Source: Basidiobolus meristosporus CBS 931.73 (lineage: Eukaryota; Fungi; Basidiobolomycota). Taken from it: a stretch of DNA of 64,000 nt. Under the pieces are notes generated by a model. That model worked only from the letters and a program-made list of their open reading frames with translations. It did no database searches and had not been told where the DNA came from. The DNA lies in contig MCFE01000501.1 of assembly GCA_002104905.1 (NCBI GenBank), positions 1 to 64,000 of the forward strand, given 5' to 3'. The position numbers and the translations under genes are program-made. The first letter of the stretch is position 1; each line of letters starts with the position of its first letter. Positions 13,745 through 26,447 of this stretch are shown one piece after another.

Positions 13745-16700
13745 AGTTAGCTGTTTCTTGCAATTGCAAGTAATAGCTGCACCAGCATATAGAAATACAT
13801 ACCCAGTGGTAGAGCATCAGTCATTCCAAACACTTGGGGGGAGTTGGGTGAGGGAGTGGGGGAGGGGTTGGCACAAGGTTGAAGGCCCAGTAGCCAAGGG
13901 GGAAAGAGCTCTCCCCTGGGGGGCAAATAATGGCCCCCCAATATTTCAACAAGTTGCCATGCAAATAGCACAAGCAGAGAGCATTCATGTACTGCAGGGG
14001 GTGATGATGACACCCACTAATAGGCATGCTCATTCCCATACCAAATATAGCACACTTCTTAAATGGAAGTATTTCTTTCAGATTGATGATCCTATGATTC
14101 TGCACATATGGTATATATGAAATAAGCACAATGACCACACATCCTGTATTGACTTTAAAGATGTTACAGTATGCTCCAGATTATTAAAAAACTCTGATAA
14201 TCCAGTGCCACTTTAGTATTACTTCAATAAAGTTTTAATACTGAGACATTTTGCAAGCTAATTGCAGTTCAACTTTTAACTAACTTTTGAAAAGTTCCTC
14301 ACACCCAAAGCACTGCTAGGATTGCAACAGCAATTTTGGCCCAAAAAAGTTGGTTTTTATCAGTTGGCTCATTATCTGTAATACCAATGTATCCAACCTC
14401 CTATGGCACACTTTCTAGTCAGGTTAATTGGTTTCATTAGTTACATCATTAAAGCATACAATTATATTGCATTGTAGTATACAAATGCTGAGTGGATTGA
14501 CTCCAACAGCTACCTTCTGCCTTTTGTCACTCCAAATTGAGAATCTGGGCTGAGTAAAAGCAATTATCAGTCCCTAGCTAGTAGCTTTACTCACCAAGAG
14601 TAGGATTGTAGCTCTTCCAGGTATATGGAGCTTGTGAGTCAGTTTAGCCATCTTAGTCCTTGAGAGCTCACTCATATTGGACATCTATAGACCCATTAGC
14701 AGTAGCTTTGAATGCAGAGGAGACCACCAGGTAAGTCTTCTTTATCAGAAAAGTCCTCAAGTTCCTTGATCATTCTTTTGTACCACAAGTATGCATCAAC
14801 TCTCCACAGACAAGATACTAATCATCAATAAAATATTTTGAAATCTCTTGTACTATTAGAAACTTTACTTGTCTAGCTTCTTTTTTTCCTCAAGTAAGAG
14901 GTCCTTGTTCCTGATCAACATCTAAGTTGAACATATACTTACTCATTGCCCTACAGTGCCTGCACCATACTCAAAAATATTCTTTTTCTATTCTTAGCTT
15001 TCAAATCTGAGTGTTTGCTATTAGAATTATTATAGAAACATAACATTCACATATTCAGAGATGATGGAGATCTAGAATTTTACCTGTCCCAGCTTCAAAG
15101 ACTGTAGAGTCATGTAATGCTACTGTTAGGATTCTTGTCATTCCTATGTATGATAGTAGCAACTGATTCAGCCTAGAACCTATAGAATGTTGCCTTACCA
15201 TGTAGCTTAGATCTTCACATCTCCACTCTTGTTCTAATTGCCTGTTCTACTACTCTATTTTGCTATTTTCTGGCAATATTGTTGTGCATATGATAAAGTA
15301 TTGAATCTGATACCTTGTACTGGTATGAATGCATGATCAAGTGATGGCCTACTATAGGCAGCCTTAAGTATGTAGTTGTGGCACCACATACTGACATATC
15401 TTTAGTAACACATCTCCCCTAGCTTGATTACATTCTGTAAGTATGCTGCTAATCACAGGTTGTTAACCTGTCCCACCATAGACAGCTAAATATGTATGGA
15501 AGGTGGATCCTTGCTAGACATCTGGCATGCATACATGGCTATATCCAACAACACAATGTGGGCAGTGTGCTCACCATGGATGATAATACAGGCTTCACAG
15601 GCAATTACTAAAGCAACTAATACAGAGTCTCTGAAAAGCTGCAGGCCAGTTGCAATGCTTAGGCAGATTCCCACCACCATTATTTTCAACCATGTTGTCA
15701 GCTCATATAAAAGTATTAATTAGGCAATCAAGTGCAGTAGCTAATATAATTGATGCAATGGCACCAAGTACATAGTCCACAGATCAGTTAAACAGACAAT
15801 CCATTTATAGCAATGAAAGGAACAAGTATTAAGTGCAGTATCTTTGCTGCAAAGAAGGAGCTTGTGTAGCTGAATGTTGCAGACCTGGATTGAATCTCAC
15901 TCTAATGCTACTACAGAGGAGCATCATATATTCTTTAAAGCACAGCTACAGCATCCATAGCTAAGACTGATATAAAAACCCATTACTGCTTGGCCGGTAG
16001 TGTTTATAACATATCTACCAAAGCTTGAAAATACACTGAAATGGAAAACATGTAGTGCCACCAAGCTCAATGATGAGAAGTGTGCTAATATTCAAAAGGC
16101 AGAGGGAAATTTGGCATGTTACTCTGTAGGAATCAGCAGATTATGGGACCATCATCAGCCAAAGACCAAGTGCTATGTGCTGAACAAGTTTCACAAACAT
16201 TATACATGATTCAGACAAGCATATGGACTTTGGGCCAGTAATGTTATGGTCAGAAGCTATATCAGGAATTTTGCACTATCCAAGACAGAAAAAGAATGGT
16301 TCCACAGCCAAATATTAGCAGCATCCTCCAGAGTCTGTTGCAAGCAGGGCTGAAAGCTGTAAACAAGCATTAAAAAAAATGTTGGGAAGCTAGAAGAGAG
16401 CTGTTAAGCCACTAGCAGGCAGAATTGGATGCACTAATGCAACATTGATTTAGCAAAGATATAGCACAATGAAAGAAACACTCAGTCTCAGTGGCAATGA
16501 TGTACCAGGCAGTGCTGAAGTTATAGTGAATAGGAAAGGAAAGAAACCAATTGGAAGCAGTGACATAGAGGCAGGAGTAAGAAGCCGCAGGCTTTGCCAA
16601 ATAGTATTGTTGACATGGAGTAGTCCAAGCTCTATAGCAGCCAAGCAGAGGTACTACAATGACTTTAGGTGCTTTCTCAAATTCTTGAAGTACCACTGGT

Positions 16701-17211
16701 GGAACAACACTCTGATATAGTAGGTAGGCTTGATGCAAAAGGCAACATAATATAAGCACTAAATCCTGAGTTTTGGCCTTGCCAATGCCCATCATCTGGA
16801 GCATTCAGTGCGGCCAAGCTCCAGCATTACATTCATCAATTAGGATGCAAAATACTGACTACAAGTAAACAAGTAGCCAAGATGATAGTAAACAAGTAAT
16901 TAGTCAAGGTGTGCAAAGGGGACCATTACCAAATGCTTCAGTATAATCCCTGTGAGAAAAAAACCTAGGAGTAGATGATGCAATTGCCTTGAGTTGTTAG
17001 CATTTGTCATGATCTAAACAACAAATTTTTTTTGCAATCTGAATCAAGAAATTGCAACTTAGTGATTACTAAGTTTTTGATATAAGTAATATCATGGTTG
17101 TCTCACATTTGAGACAAAGCCCCTACATATGAACACCCTGTATATATGCACATTATCTGTGACAACAGTGCAGCTACTTAATAGGATTTGCACCTGTGCA
17201 ATCAGTTGCAT

Positions 17212-17908
17212 TGTGGTGGTGTATAAGTCCAAGGGAGAGATAGAACCAACACTTCTCAAGTGTTTTGTGTGTGGGGTGCTCACTGGGTGCAATAGCCTCT
17301 GGCAAAAGCTTGCTAAGAATACTTGGGTTCTGTCTCTAATCTAATGTGATTGGGAATAAAGCCACAAGTTTGTCAAGAGAAAGCTATTGAGCTACAATCC
17401 CCAACTTAGTTGGTATCTTAACAAAAGTAGGTGTTGGGTTCAGCATCCTTTGAGATGCCAATGTACTAAAGCTTTCAAAGTCAAAACAACTGTAAGCTCC
17501 ACCAGCAGGGACTTGACAAGAATGCAGCAGTGTTCAATAGCTACAAAGACAGAAAAGTATCTTTGCCTGTACAAGAACAAACTTGGGAAAGAATCAAATA
17601 TAACAAAAGATACCCACTCTGAGTATTCCTCACAAGTAGTGCCTCCAAGGTCAGTTGGCTGTCAGCATGGTTTCCTGGGAGTGTCCATTGGTCTGGGGTT
17701 TGAAGTTCAGGTAGCAGCAGGTAGCAGTGATCATACTAATCAACAGGTTGGTATTTTGATAAAAGGGATGATGATTTATTGTTGAGGGATAGCCTCCCTT
17801 ATATACTTTTCTTACTGACTAAGTGATTACAAATTATAGTGTTCCAGAAGGTTCCAGATATCAATAGAAATATCAATGACATCAGAATGACCTAAGAATG
17901 TTCTAAGT
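17212..17908 (-). repeat. 5'-truncated LTR-A copy
   Basis: Reverse complement of the 3' two-thirds of 2745-3809, starting TGTGGTGGTG on the plus strand. Confidence 0.9.
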
Positions 17909-19065
17909 GATGGTAACCAAAGTGGTAAGTATCAGTGTAATCTGTAGTGTGATATGCATTTGTTTCCATTAGCATTAAGAAACCATATCTAAATACCAGA
18001 TTCTACCTACCACAATAATGGTATCTGATTGCACATGTGATGCCAATATTACAAGCTAGCACAGTCATCTGTGCTAACCTCATTGTGTAAGAATGTGCCA
18101 TAGTGTGCAGGATTGTCCCAGATTGTGCAAAATTTTCCAGGAGCAATCCTGCCTCTTGGTAGCTACAATATCATGCCCAATTGTTCTTAACAACCATGGA
18201 TTGGGCTGCATGCCCTGGCACAGTACAATGAAACAAGTCAAATATCCTTATACTACTGAGTAAGTTGTACATGGGGCATTCCAAGCTAAATGAGCCCTTT
18301 GAGATATCAGGGAAGTTTGAAAGAATTGGCAGATTTTACAGAGAATCTGCCCCCAAAGTACTTCTGACTAGCTCCAATCAATATTTTGATACATATGCTA
18401 CAAATCAAGTGCAAGGACTGGATCAGCTGGATATATATTTGCTCCAGTGGCCTTCTGAAGCCATTTCTACCAAGAGTACATTGGAAGCATTAGGAGTCAT
18501 ATGTTGACATTGTAGGAATATTTATCCAGAAGTGGATCACCAATGCCAGCTTGATGCATCTACATCATTTATGCAAAGAGTTTGTGATGGGATTTGAGTG
18601 GCTGTACTACAAACATAAAGCTGATCTTGCAGATCTCTGCTGCTACTGTATCCATTCTCTACTCCATCTTACCTAGTGTGTGGAGAATATTGGGCCTTGC
18701 TTCACATTTTGAAAGTTTCCTATGGAGCAGATGTGTGCGGAGATAGGAAGACAAGTCAAGTTGCAGGTACTACAATGTTACAATTTCATCAAAAATATTA
18801 ACTTCAAGTCTATCATGGATGTGATGAGTTGGCACATGGAGGACAGTGTTATGAATAGACACAAGGCAGGAGAGTAGGACTAGGCAAGGCAGGACCAGGA
18901 AAGGACTTAGGTGTGGATCAACAAGGCAAGGTGGATTTCCAAGGCAAGGCTGTTTATTCAAGGCCTGTGTTTATCAGACTGAGGAGTACATAAGGGGAGA
19001 TAGGCCTATATATACTTTTTGGCAATATGGATGCCAAGAGATATTGGCTAATACTGATGGGGTTT

Positions 19066-22050
19066 CTGATATCCTTACTAGGAATGAAAGGATGACAAGA
19101 CTTGAGGGCTGGGTGGCAAGAATCTCAAAATGTTTCTTGCTCAGCAATGGGTGTTCCATTTGCCAACAGGCATCATCTCCCTCTTCCAGGGCATATTCTT
19201 TTTTTCTGGACAGGGTATCAGGCTTTCCTTGCTTTGCACCAGGTCTATAGGTAATAGTAAAGTCAAAGCTGGACAGGAAGAGTGACCATCTGGCTTGTCT
19301 CCGGTTAAGTACTTTGGGGGTTGCAAGGTACTTGAGGTTCTTATGGTCACAGAAGACTTTGATTTTGTGTTTTGCACCATCCAGGTAGTGTCTCCATTGC
19401 TCAAAGGCTACAATGATGGCAAGCAACTCCTTATCATAGATATCATAGTTGATCTCTGCAGGGGAATACATCTGAGAGTTGAATGCAATGGGGTGCAACA
19501 CATTGTCTTCATTGTACTGGGAGAGTATGGCACCAAGGGCAAAATCAGAAGCATCAGTCTCCACTATGAATTGCTTCTCAAGGTCAGGGTGGGCAAGCAG
19601 GGGGGCCTTCAGGAAAGATTTCTTGAGTTGGCTGAACAAGGTGGATTGCTCCTCATTCCAGGCAAAAGGTGTGTTCTTCTGGGTAAGCTTTGTCAGAGGG
19701 GTGACTATCTTGGAGTAGTTGGCTATGAACCTGCAATAGAAGTTGGCAAATCCCAGGAAGGATTGTACTTCCTTGACTGAGCTTAGAGTTTTCCAGGATT
19801 GGACTGAGTCAACTTTCTTTGGGTCCATTCTTGTTCCCTCAGGGCTGATGAGGTAACCAAGAAACTCCACTTCTCTCTGGTCAAATTCACACCTCTTTAG
19901 CTTGGCATAGAGACTGGCAAAGCCTAGTTTTCTTAATACTTTCTTGACATGTTCATCATGTTCATCTTGGCTCTTAAAGTATATGAGAGTATCATCAAGG
20001 TAGACTGCCACAAACTGGTCAAGGTACTCACAGAATATGTCATTCATGAGGTGTTGAAACACAGCAGGGGCATTGGCGAGGCCAAATGGCATTACTTTGT
20101 ACTCAAAGTGACCATATCTTGTGCAAAAGGCAGTTTTCTATTCATCACCAGGCTTGATTCTGGCAAAATTGTAAGCTCCTCTCAAGTCAATCTTGGTGAA
20201 GTCTTGGGCAGCAGATAGCTGATCCAACAGTGTGTTGATCATGGGCAGGGGTTAGCAGTTCTTGACTGTGATCTTATTCAAAGCACAGTAGTCCACACAC
20301 ATTCTGAGGGTGCCATCCTTCTTCTTGACAAAGAGGATTGGGGCTCCTGCAGGTGATTTGGAGTGCTGAATAAAGCCCTTCTGGAGGTTTTCTTAAATAT
20401 AACCATGGAGTTCTTTCAACTCCGGCTGGGAGAGGTTACATATTGGGCCAAATGGAGGGACTTTTCCATCTTCAAGATCAATAGGGCAGTCATAAGGCTG
20501 ATGATCAGGGAGGAGTTCTGCTTTCTTCTTGTCAAAGATATGGGCAAACTCTTGGTACTTGGCTGGTATATTTGCTGAGGGGGCTCCTTCAGCTGGCAAG
20601 ATATCTTGGGCTATTGAACTGTTGGCAACAGTCTTTTCACGGTTATCAGGGTCTGGACATTTCATGGAGTTGACTTGGTGGGATCTGGTGAATGACAGGA
20701 TCTTGGATTTTCAATCAATACTTGGATTGTGGTAGCTCAGCCATGAGCTTCCAAGCACAATAGGATTGTGTGGTGAGTTGATGATGTTGAATGCAAATCT
20801 TTCTTGGTGAGCAGTACTGGACAGCTGGAGTAAGCATGTTTCATGGGTAATGGCACCAGAGGAGAGTGATCTTCCATCAATAGCTTCTAGTTGGACTGGA
20901 CAGGATTTCAAGGTAACAGGAATGGAGTGCTTCTGGACAAAGGCTTGGTCAATGAAACAGGATGAAGCACCAGAATCAACCTGGACTAGGACTGGGACAG
21001 GACTGGAGTCAGGGATCTGGATCTTGACAGGCATTCTCATGGACTGGATAGATTTTGTGGCAAAGGAAGATTCTTGGATATGCTGGATTTTCATGGGTGG
21101 GTCCAGTTGCAAGCCTGTCAGTGCAACTGGACATTGGAGTTTCCCGACAGATCTGAATCAGGTTGATTACTAGAGGACTGCATCAGCTTGAAGCTGGACT
21201 TCTTGTTGGGGCAGGATTTGGCAATGTGACCTGGTTGGCCACAGTATAGACAGAGGTTAGCTTGTTGACATCTGGACTTTTCACTCTTTGATAGTTTCTT
21301 GTATTTGGCACTATCAATCTGCATGGGATCTTCTGGAGTGACTTGGGGAGCAGGAGGGGCTGGGACTGCAACAGGAATGTGTCTTTGATGGTTCTTTTGC
21401 TTCTTCTGGAATAGTCTGTTATCACACTGGATTGCTTGGTGCATAGCTTCAACCAATGTATCTGGATCTGGGAGTGTGAGTAGCAGATCACAAACTTCAT
21501 CATTGAGGCCATCTTGGAATTGGCTAATCAAGGCTGCATGACCCCAGGAGCTGAGGTCACTGGAGAGTTGTTGGAATTCTGGGGCATAGACTGATGCTGG
21601 CTTGTTTCCTTGTTTGAGGGTCTTGATCTTGTTGGCAGCAGTTCTGGCTTGGTCAAGGTTACCAGATGTTAGCTCCATATCAGTGAGGAAGGCTTGGTAG
21701 TCTCTGAGTAGGGGAGAGTTGGTCTCCACTAATGGGGCAAACCACTTGAGAGCTGTACCAGTAAACAGGTTGGAGATGAAGCCAACTTTGGCCTAGTCAG
21801 TGGGGTACCGGTTGGGCTGGAGTGCAAGATTGTTCTTCACCATGTTTATTAAGCCAGGGAATTCATTCTGAGAGCCATAGAACTTGGTAGCAGGTGTATA
21901 CTTGGGTTCTTAGTTGACTGGGACATGGCTAGTTTGCTGGACACTTTGGTTCTAGAACTGAGCAAGAGTGTTTCTGAGGTCTGCATGGTCTTGCTGCAGT
22001 TGGGTAAAGGCAGCCATTAGCTGGGCAAAGTTCAGCTCTAGGTTGGACAT
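19066..22050 (-). pseudogene. gag-pol of Tf1-like element (gag, protease, RT, RNaseH)
   Basis: ATG at 22050; ORF pieces 21118-21729 (CLYCGQPGHIAKSC), 20711-21112 (VDSGASSCF), 20393-20665 and 18974-20092 (YLDD, ETDASDFA). Confidence 0.9.
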
Positions 22051-22068
22051 GGTAGGAGAGGAAGGCAG

Positions 22069-23137
22069 TGTAGTGGGGTGACAGTGACACCCACTGACAG
22101 ATGTGCTCATTCCCTCATTTTCTACTTCCCTATATCTCTACTACATTTATTTTAGTTTTATCCCATTTGTCTTACCCAATCAGAACTATCCCATAAGCCG
22201 GTTGACTATCACACCTGCTTACCTTATTGCATAAGTTACCCCTCACTTTATGTAGATTACTAGCTATAAGCGCTCCTATATTAGGCAAGTACCCGCGCCA
22301 GTACCTGTGACACATGATCAACCTGTGTCACCATACCTACCATTTCCATACAATATATGGTATCCCTATGTTACACAGGTTTCAGAATACTGATTCCTGA
22401 TTGGTTGGATGTGCTGTGCCTCTTAGAACCTTCTGGCACCTACTTAGAACATTCTTAGGTCATTCTGATGTCATGAAGATTTCTATTGATATCCAGAACC
22501 TTCTGGAACACCATGATTAGTAATCACTTAGCCAGTAAGAAAAGTATATGAGGGAGGCTATCCTCAACAATAAATCATCATCCCTTTTATCAATATACCA
22601 ACTTGTTGATTAGTGTGATCACTGCTACCTGCTGCTACCTGAACTTTTAACCCCAGACCACAGGACACTCCCAGGAAACTGCGCTGACAGCCAACTGACC
22701 TTGGAGGCACTACTTGTGAGGAATACTCAGAGTGGGTATCTTTTGTTATATTTGATTCTTTCCCAAGTTTGTTCTTGTACAGGCAAAGATACTTTTCTGT
22801 CTTTGTAACTATTGACCACAGCTGCATTCTTATCAAGTCCATGCTGCTGGAGTTTACAGTTGTTTTGACTTTGGAAGCTTTAGTACATTGTCATCTCAAA
22901 GGATGCTGAACCCAGCACATACTTTTGTTAAGACACCAACTAAGTTGGGGATTGTAGCTCAATAGTTTTCCCTTGACAAGCTTGTGGCTTTATTCCCCTT
23001 CACATTAGATTAGAGACAGAACCCAAGTATTCCTAGCAAGCTTTTGCCAGAGGTTATTGCACCCAGTGAACACCCCACACACAAAACACTTGAGAAGTGT
23101 TGGATGTATCTCTCCCTTGGACTTATACACCACCACA
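22069..23137 (+). repeat. Solo LTR-A inserted in the 5' leader of the Tf1-like element
   Basis: Full TG...CA copy of LTR-A; flanks gcag/gcgg are a 4-bp TSD with CpG>CpA. Confidence 0.9.
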
Positions 23138-23516
23138 GCGGATGAACTTGCAAGGAATACTGGAATATACTAAACTAGATTGTGGGTTTATAAAGCCACT
23201 AGTATGTCAAGAATACAACTATTGAGCCACAATCCCTAACTTAAATAAGTTAGCGTCACTTCAGAAGGTACTGGTCTTGATGTCCTTTGATAGAGTATTG
23301 TACTAAAGCTTCCAATACTGTAACAACTGTAAACTCCACCAGCAGGGTAATAAAGTGAATGCAGCTTTGACCAATAGTTTTACAAAAATAAAGTATCTTT
23401 GCCTTTATAGGACAAGATTTGGGAAAGATGGTGGGTGATACTTATGGTGAGTATTCCTTTTACAGGTTTTCTTAAAACTTTGGGCAGAAGGCAGGGATCC
23501 ACAGGTAAGTCAGGAG

Positions 23517-23529
23517 AGTCTGATAAAAC
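23517..23529 (-). promoter_or_regulatory. Self-priming PBS
   Basis: Minus-strand TTTATCAGACT directly after the 5' LTR is complementary to AGTCTGATAAA in the same LTR (23653-23663), about 27 nt downstream of the TATA at ~23690. Confidence 0.75.
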
Positions 23530-24057
23530 TGTTATGAATAGACACAAGGCAGGAGAGTAGGACTAGGCAAGGCAGGACCAGGAAAGGACTTAGGTGTGGA
23601 TCAACATGGCAAGGTGGATTTCCAAGGCAAGGCTGTTTATTCAAGGCCTGTGTTTATCAGACTGAGGAGTACATAAGGGGGGATAGGACTATATATACTT
23701 TTTGGCAATATGGATGCCAAGAGATATTGGCTAATACTGATGGGGTTCTGAGTGAGGCACAGTAAGTGTGCCAAGATAGAATATACCAAAGAACAGACTG
23801 AAATATCACATGGAGGTATGTCAGGGGTCAGCTGGTCATGTGACTAGGTCATGTGACATGTAGTTACCATATATGGTACTGGACTATGAAAGATACAATG
23901 GGAAGCTTCCATGGAATGTTCCATTGTGTAACAATGGTTTGGAATGGTCAGGAACTTTCTGGAAGGTGGTAGAAGGTTCCTGAAGGAATCTCTTAGAAAT
24001 TGAGCTAGGAAGCTGAAACTTGGCATGGGTGTTCATGGTTGTCATGTGATCATGACA
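23530..24057 (-). repeat. 5' LTR of Tf1-like element
   Basis: 23530-23748 matches 18847-19065; inverted termini; TATA box. Confidence 0.85.
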
Positions 24058-24653
24058 GACAGCAAGGAAGAGTTAGAAAATACTGAAGACAGATGAGCAC
24101 ATGGAGACACCTATGCCTTTGGAATTAAGAAGCTAAGCAGCCTCAATGCATGAATAATCTTGTTGAACAGCAAATACATTGCTCCCAGTGGAAAGCTTTG
24201 ACTCCAACAGATACCTGCTATCTTAAGTATCACTGGCTTCCAATTAATTCCATATTCTGGCCAACAGCATATAGCTTGCCAACTTTGCTACAATTGCATG
24301 CTGACTTCTGTACACTCCCTTGTTGGGAGATCATGTTCTTAGTGTTAGTGTTTGGATAATAATAATGTGTGTGAGTTACGGTGTAAATCTCCTGGATCTC
24401 ATGCATTTGACAGCAATACCATCCATTGTGCCCAGAAAACTGGCTATCTTGCTGATGGCTGGGTATCTCCAATGTAGATAATAATAAGCACTTAGATATG
24501 ATGGCCATTTAGTAGTAACCTGCTGGAAAGCATACAAAATTCATCCAGCAATGGATACAGGTGGCTGTCAATGTTGGACAGTGATTTAGGCCCAGATACC
24601 AGTGGGACAACCATCAGATCTCTGATCTAACACTATAAGATAGGTGCCAAACT

Positions 24654-25355
24654 TTTTGTAAGTTTCTTGAAGATACCGGAAGTGATTGGGAGAACAAATA
24701 GATTATGTGGCTTTCACTTAATGATTTATTGAGTGTAAAAGTATTATTTATTCTTTTACATGGCCTTGGAATTACAAGTACATAGAATAGATTAAGAAAG
24801 GTCCCAAGTGTTGTAAAATTTGTAATTCCACCTAAATATTCACCTAAATTAGTCACTTAGATCATTACCCTCAGATCCTAGAGAATACTGAGCAAATTCT
24901 TTGTTGAGATTTACTTAGAATATTTTCACCAAAATACCAGGTACTCAGAACATGAGAATTCTCAAAGTTGTCCAAACAGCCCCAAACTTTGCACACATGT
25001 TCTTGGGACCTTCCTTAGCCTATTCTACATGCTTATAATGCCAAGACTATGTAAAAGTATAAATACTACTCTTACATTCAATAAATCATTAAGTGAAAAC
25101 CACATAATCTACTTGTTCTCCCAATCACTTCCAATATCTCCAAGACTCTTACAACACCAAGAACATGTGTGCAAAGCTTGGGGCTGCTTAGACAACTTTG
25201 AGAATTATAGCATTGTGGGTACCTGGTAATTTGGTGAAAATATTCTAAGTAAATCTCAACAAAGAATTTGCTCAGTATTCTCTAGGATTTGAAGGTAATG
25301 ATCTAAGTGACTAAGTTAGGTGAATATTTAGGTGGAATTACAAATTTTTACAACA
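24654..25355 (-). repeat. Copia LTR (minus) carrying a second copy of the same LTR inserted in opposite orientation
   Basis: The outer copy ends TTACAACA at 25355; its two halves flank the inner LTR. The left boundary is approximate. Confidence 0.7.
24809..25156 (+). repeat. Solo copia LTR, 348 bp
   Basis: TGTTGTAA...TTACAACA inverted termini and perfect 5-bp TSD CCAAG. Confidence 0.9.
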
Positions 25356-26297
25356 AGATTAAGGTTTATGAGAATCAGTGAGCAGCAGTATATGCTGGAA
25401 GAGTACTTGTTTAATGAGAATCCATCAAGTACTAAGGTAAAGGCATGGTCAAACATACCTTCAAAGTAGCCCTTGCTTCTTAGTTGTTTGTAACATTTGC
25501 CATCAAATATATTGGAAATGTTTGTGCTTGATTGATACTGAGTGCAGTACTTTATAGCTTCACAATATTTGTTGGGCTGCATAAGCTTATTGTAAAGTGG
25601 TATTACTGGAATATATCCAGAGTGCAAATAATACTTTCCTCCAATGGTGATGGATTCCTGACAGGTTGGACACCTTGAAATGGTAGCATTTTCTGATGTG
25701 AATGCCATACAACTGTTACACATGCTAGTATCAGGACATTTTGTGGGTCATATGTTACCAGCCACATGATGGTTGTCCACTTGTACCATGTGCTTGGTAA
25801 GTTGCATCCCAGAATGATATGGCAAGAAGTAGTAGCAAATCCTTGAAGCCCCCATTACTGATATTTGTGGAAACACTGCACTTTTCCAGCTGCAACATCA
25901 CATTGTTAGCCAGTAGATGGACTACTGGGCTCACTTGACTCCATAGAATATCTTGAGCATTTTTTCCTACAAGTGTTGTCTCATTGCATATTGGTACTTG
26001 ACCAGGCTCATGCATGGTACTGTTGTTAGGGTAGATAGGCTCTCAATCCATCAGTGAGCCTTCTTCTTCAGAGCTATTACTCTGTGTGCCATATTCAGAA
26101 GGCTGAGGTGAACCTAAAGGCATTACAACTTACCTGACTCAGTTTGTGCAAGGTGACAGGTACAGCTAGGTACCAATATATAAGTATTAGGTAGCTGGCA
26201 AGATATTGCTGGTATAGTAGTGACTGATGAATGGTCAGATATGACTTGGGTGGCACAATACTGTCCATGATCCTTGTAATACTTCACATGCTGACTG

Positions 26298-26447
26298 TGT
26301 AGTGGTGGTGTAGAGGTACTCCTGGGTGCTGCTACACAACTCAAGGTGTGTGAGGTGTCTGATGGGTGCAATAACCTCTGGGTCTAAACTACTGGTGTCT
26401 TTGTCAATATGTCACCATGGTAAAAGCTCCTGCTTCTCTAGCTTACT
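26298..26447 (-). repeat. 3' fragment of LTR family A2
   Basis: Reverse complement of ~2105-2254. Confidence 0.7.

Larger units (their letters stand above)
18847..24057 (-). mobile_element. Tf1/sushi-like Ty3/gypsy element, self-primed, integrase deleted
   Basis: Perfect 5-bp TSD GACAG (18842-18846 and 24058-24062). 5' LTR 23530-24057 with TGTTATGA...TCATGACA termini; partial 3' LTR 18847-19065 fused to post-RNaseH sequence. PEG10-like gag, CCHC knuckle, DSGAS protease, YLDD RT. Confidence 0.9.
24230..26110 (-). pseudogene. CACTA/EnSpm transposase remnant interrupted by copia LTRs
   Basis: NIFDGKCYKQL...LDGFSLNK...LINL (25356-25723), then after the insert VSGPKSLSNIDSHLYPLLDEF...IGDT..ISKIASFSGHNG..C (24230-24612). 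These are recognisable tnp2-family motifs. Outer limits are approximate. Confidence 0.7.

Noticed and set aside
14200-17100. Decayed coding-like fragments, possibly more CACTA transposase
   Set aside because: Motifs are too eroded to assign by eye.
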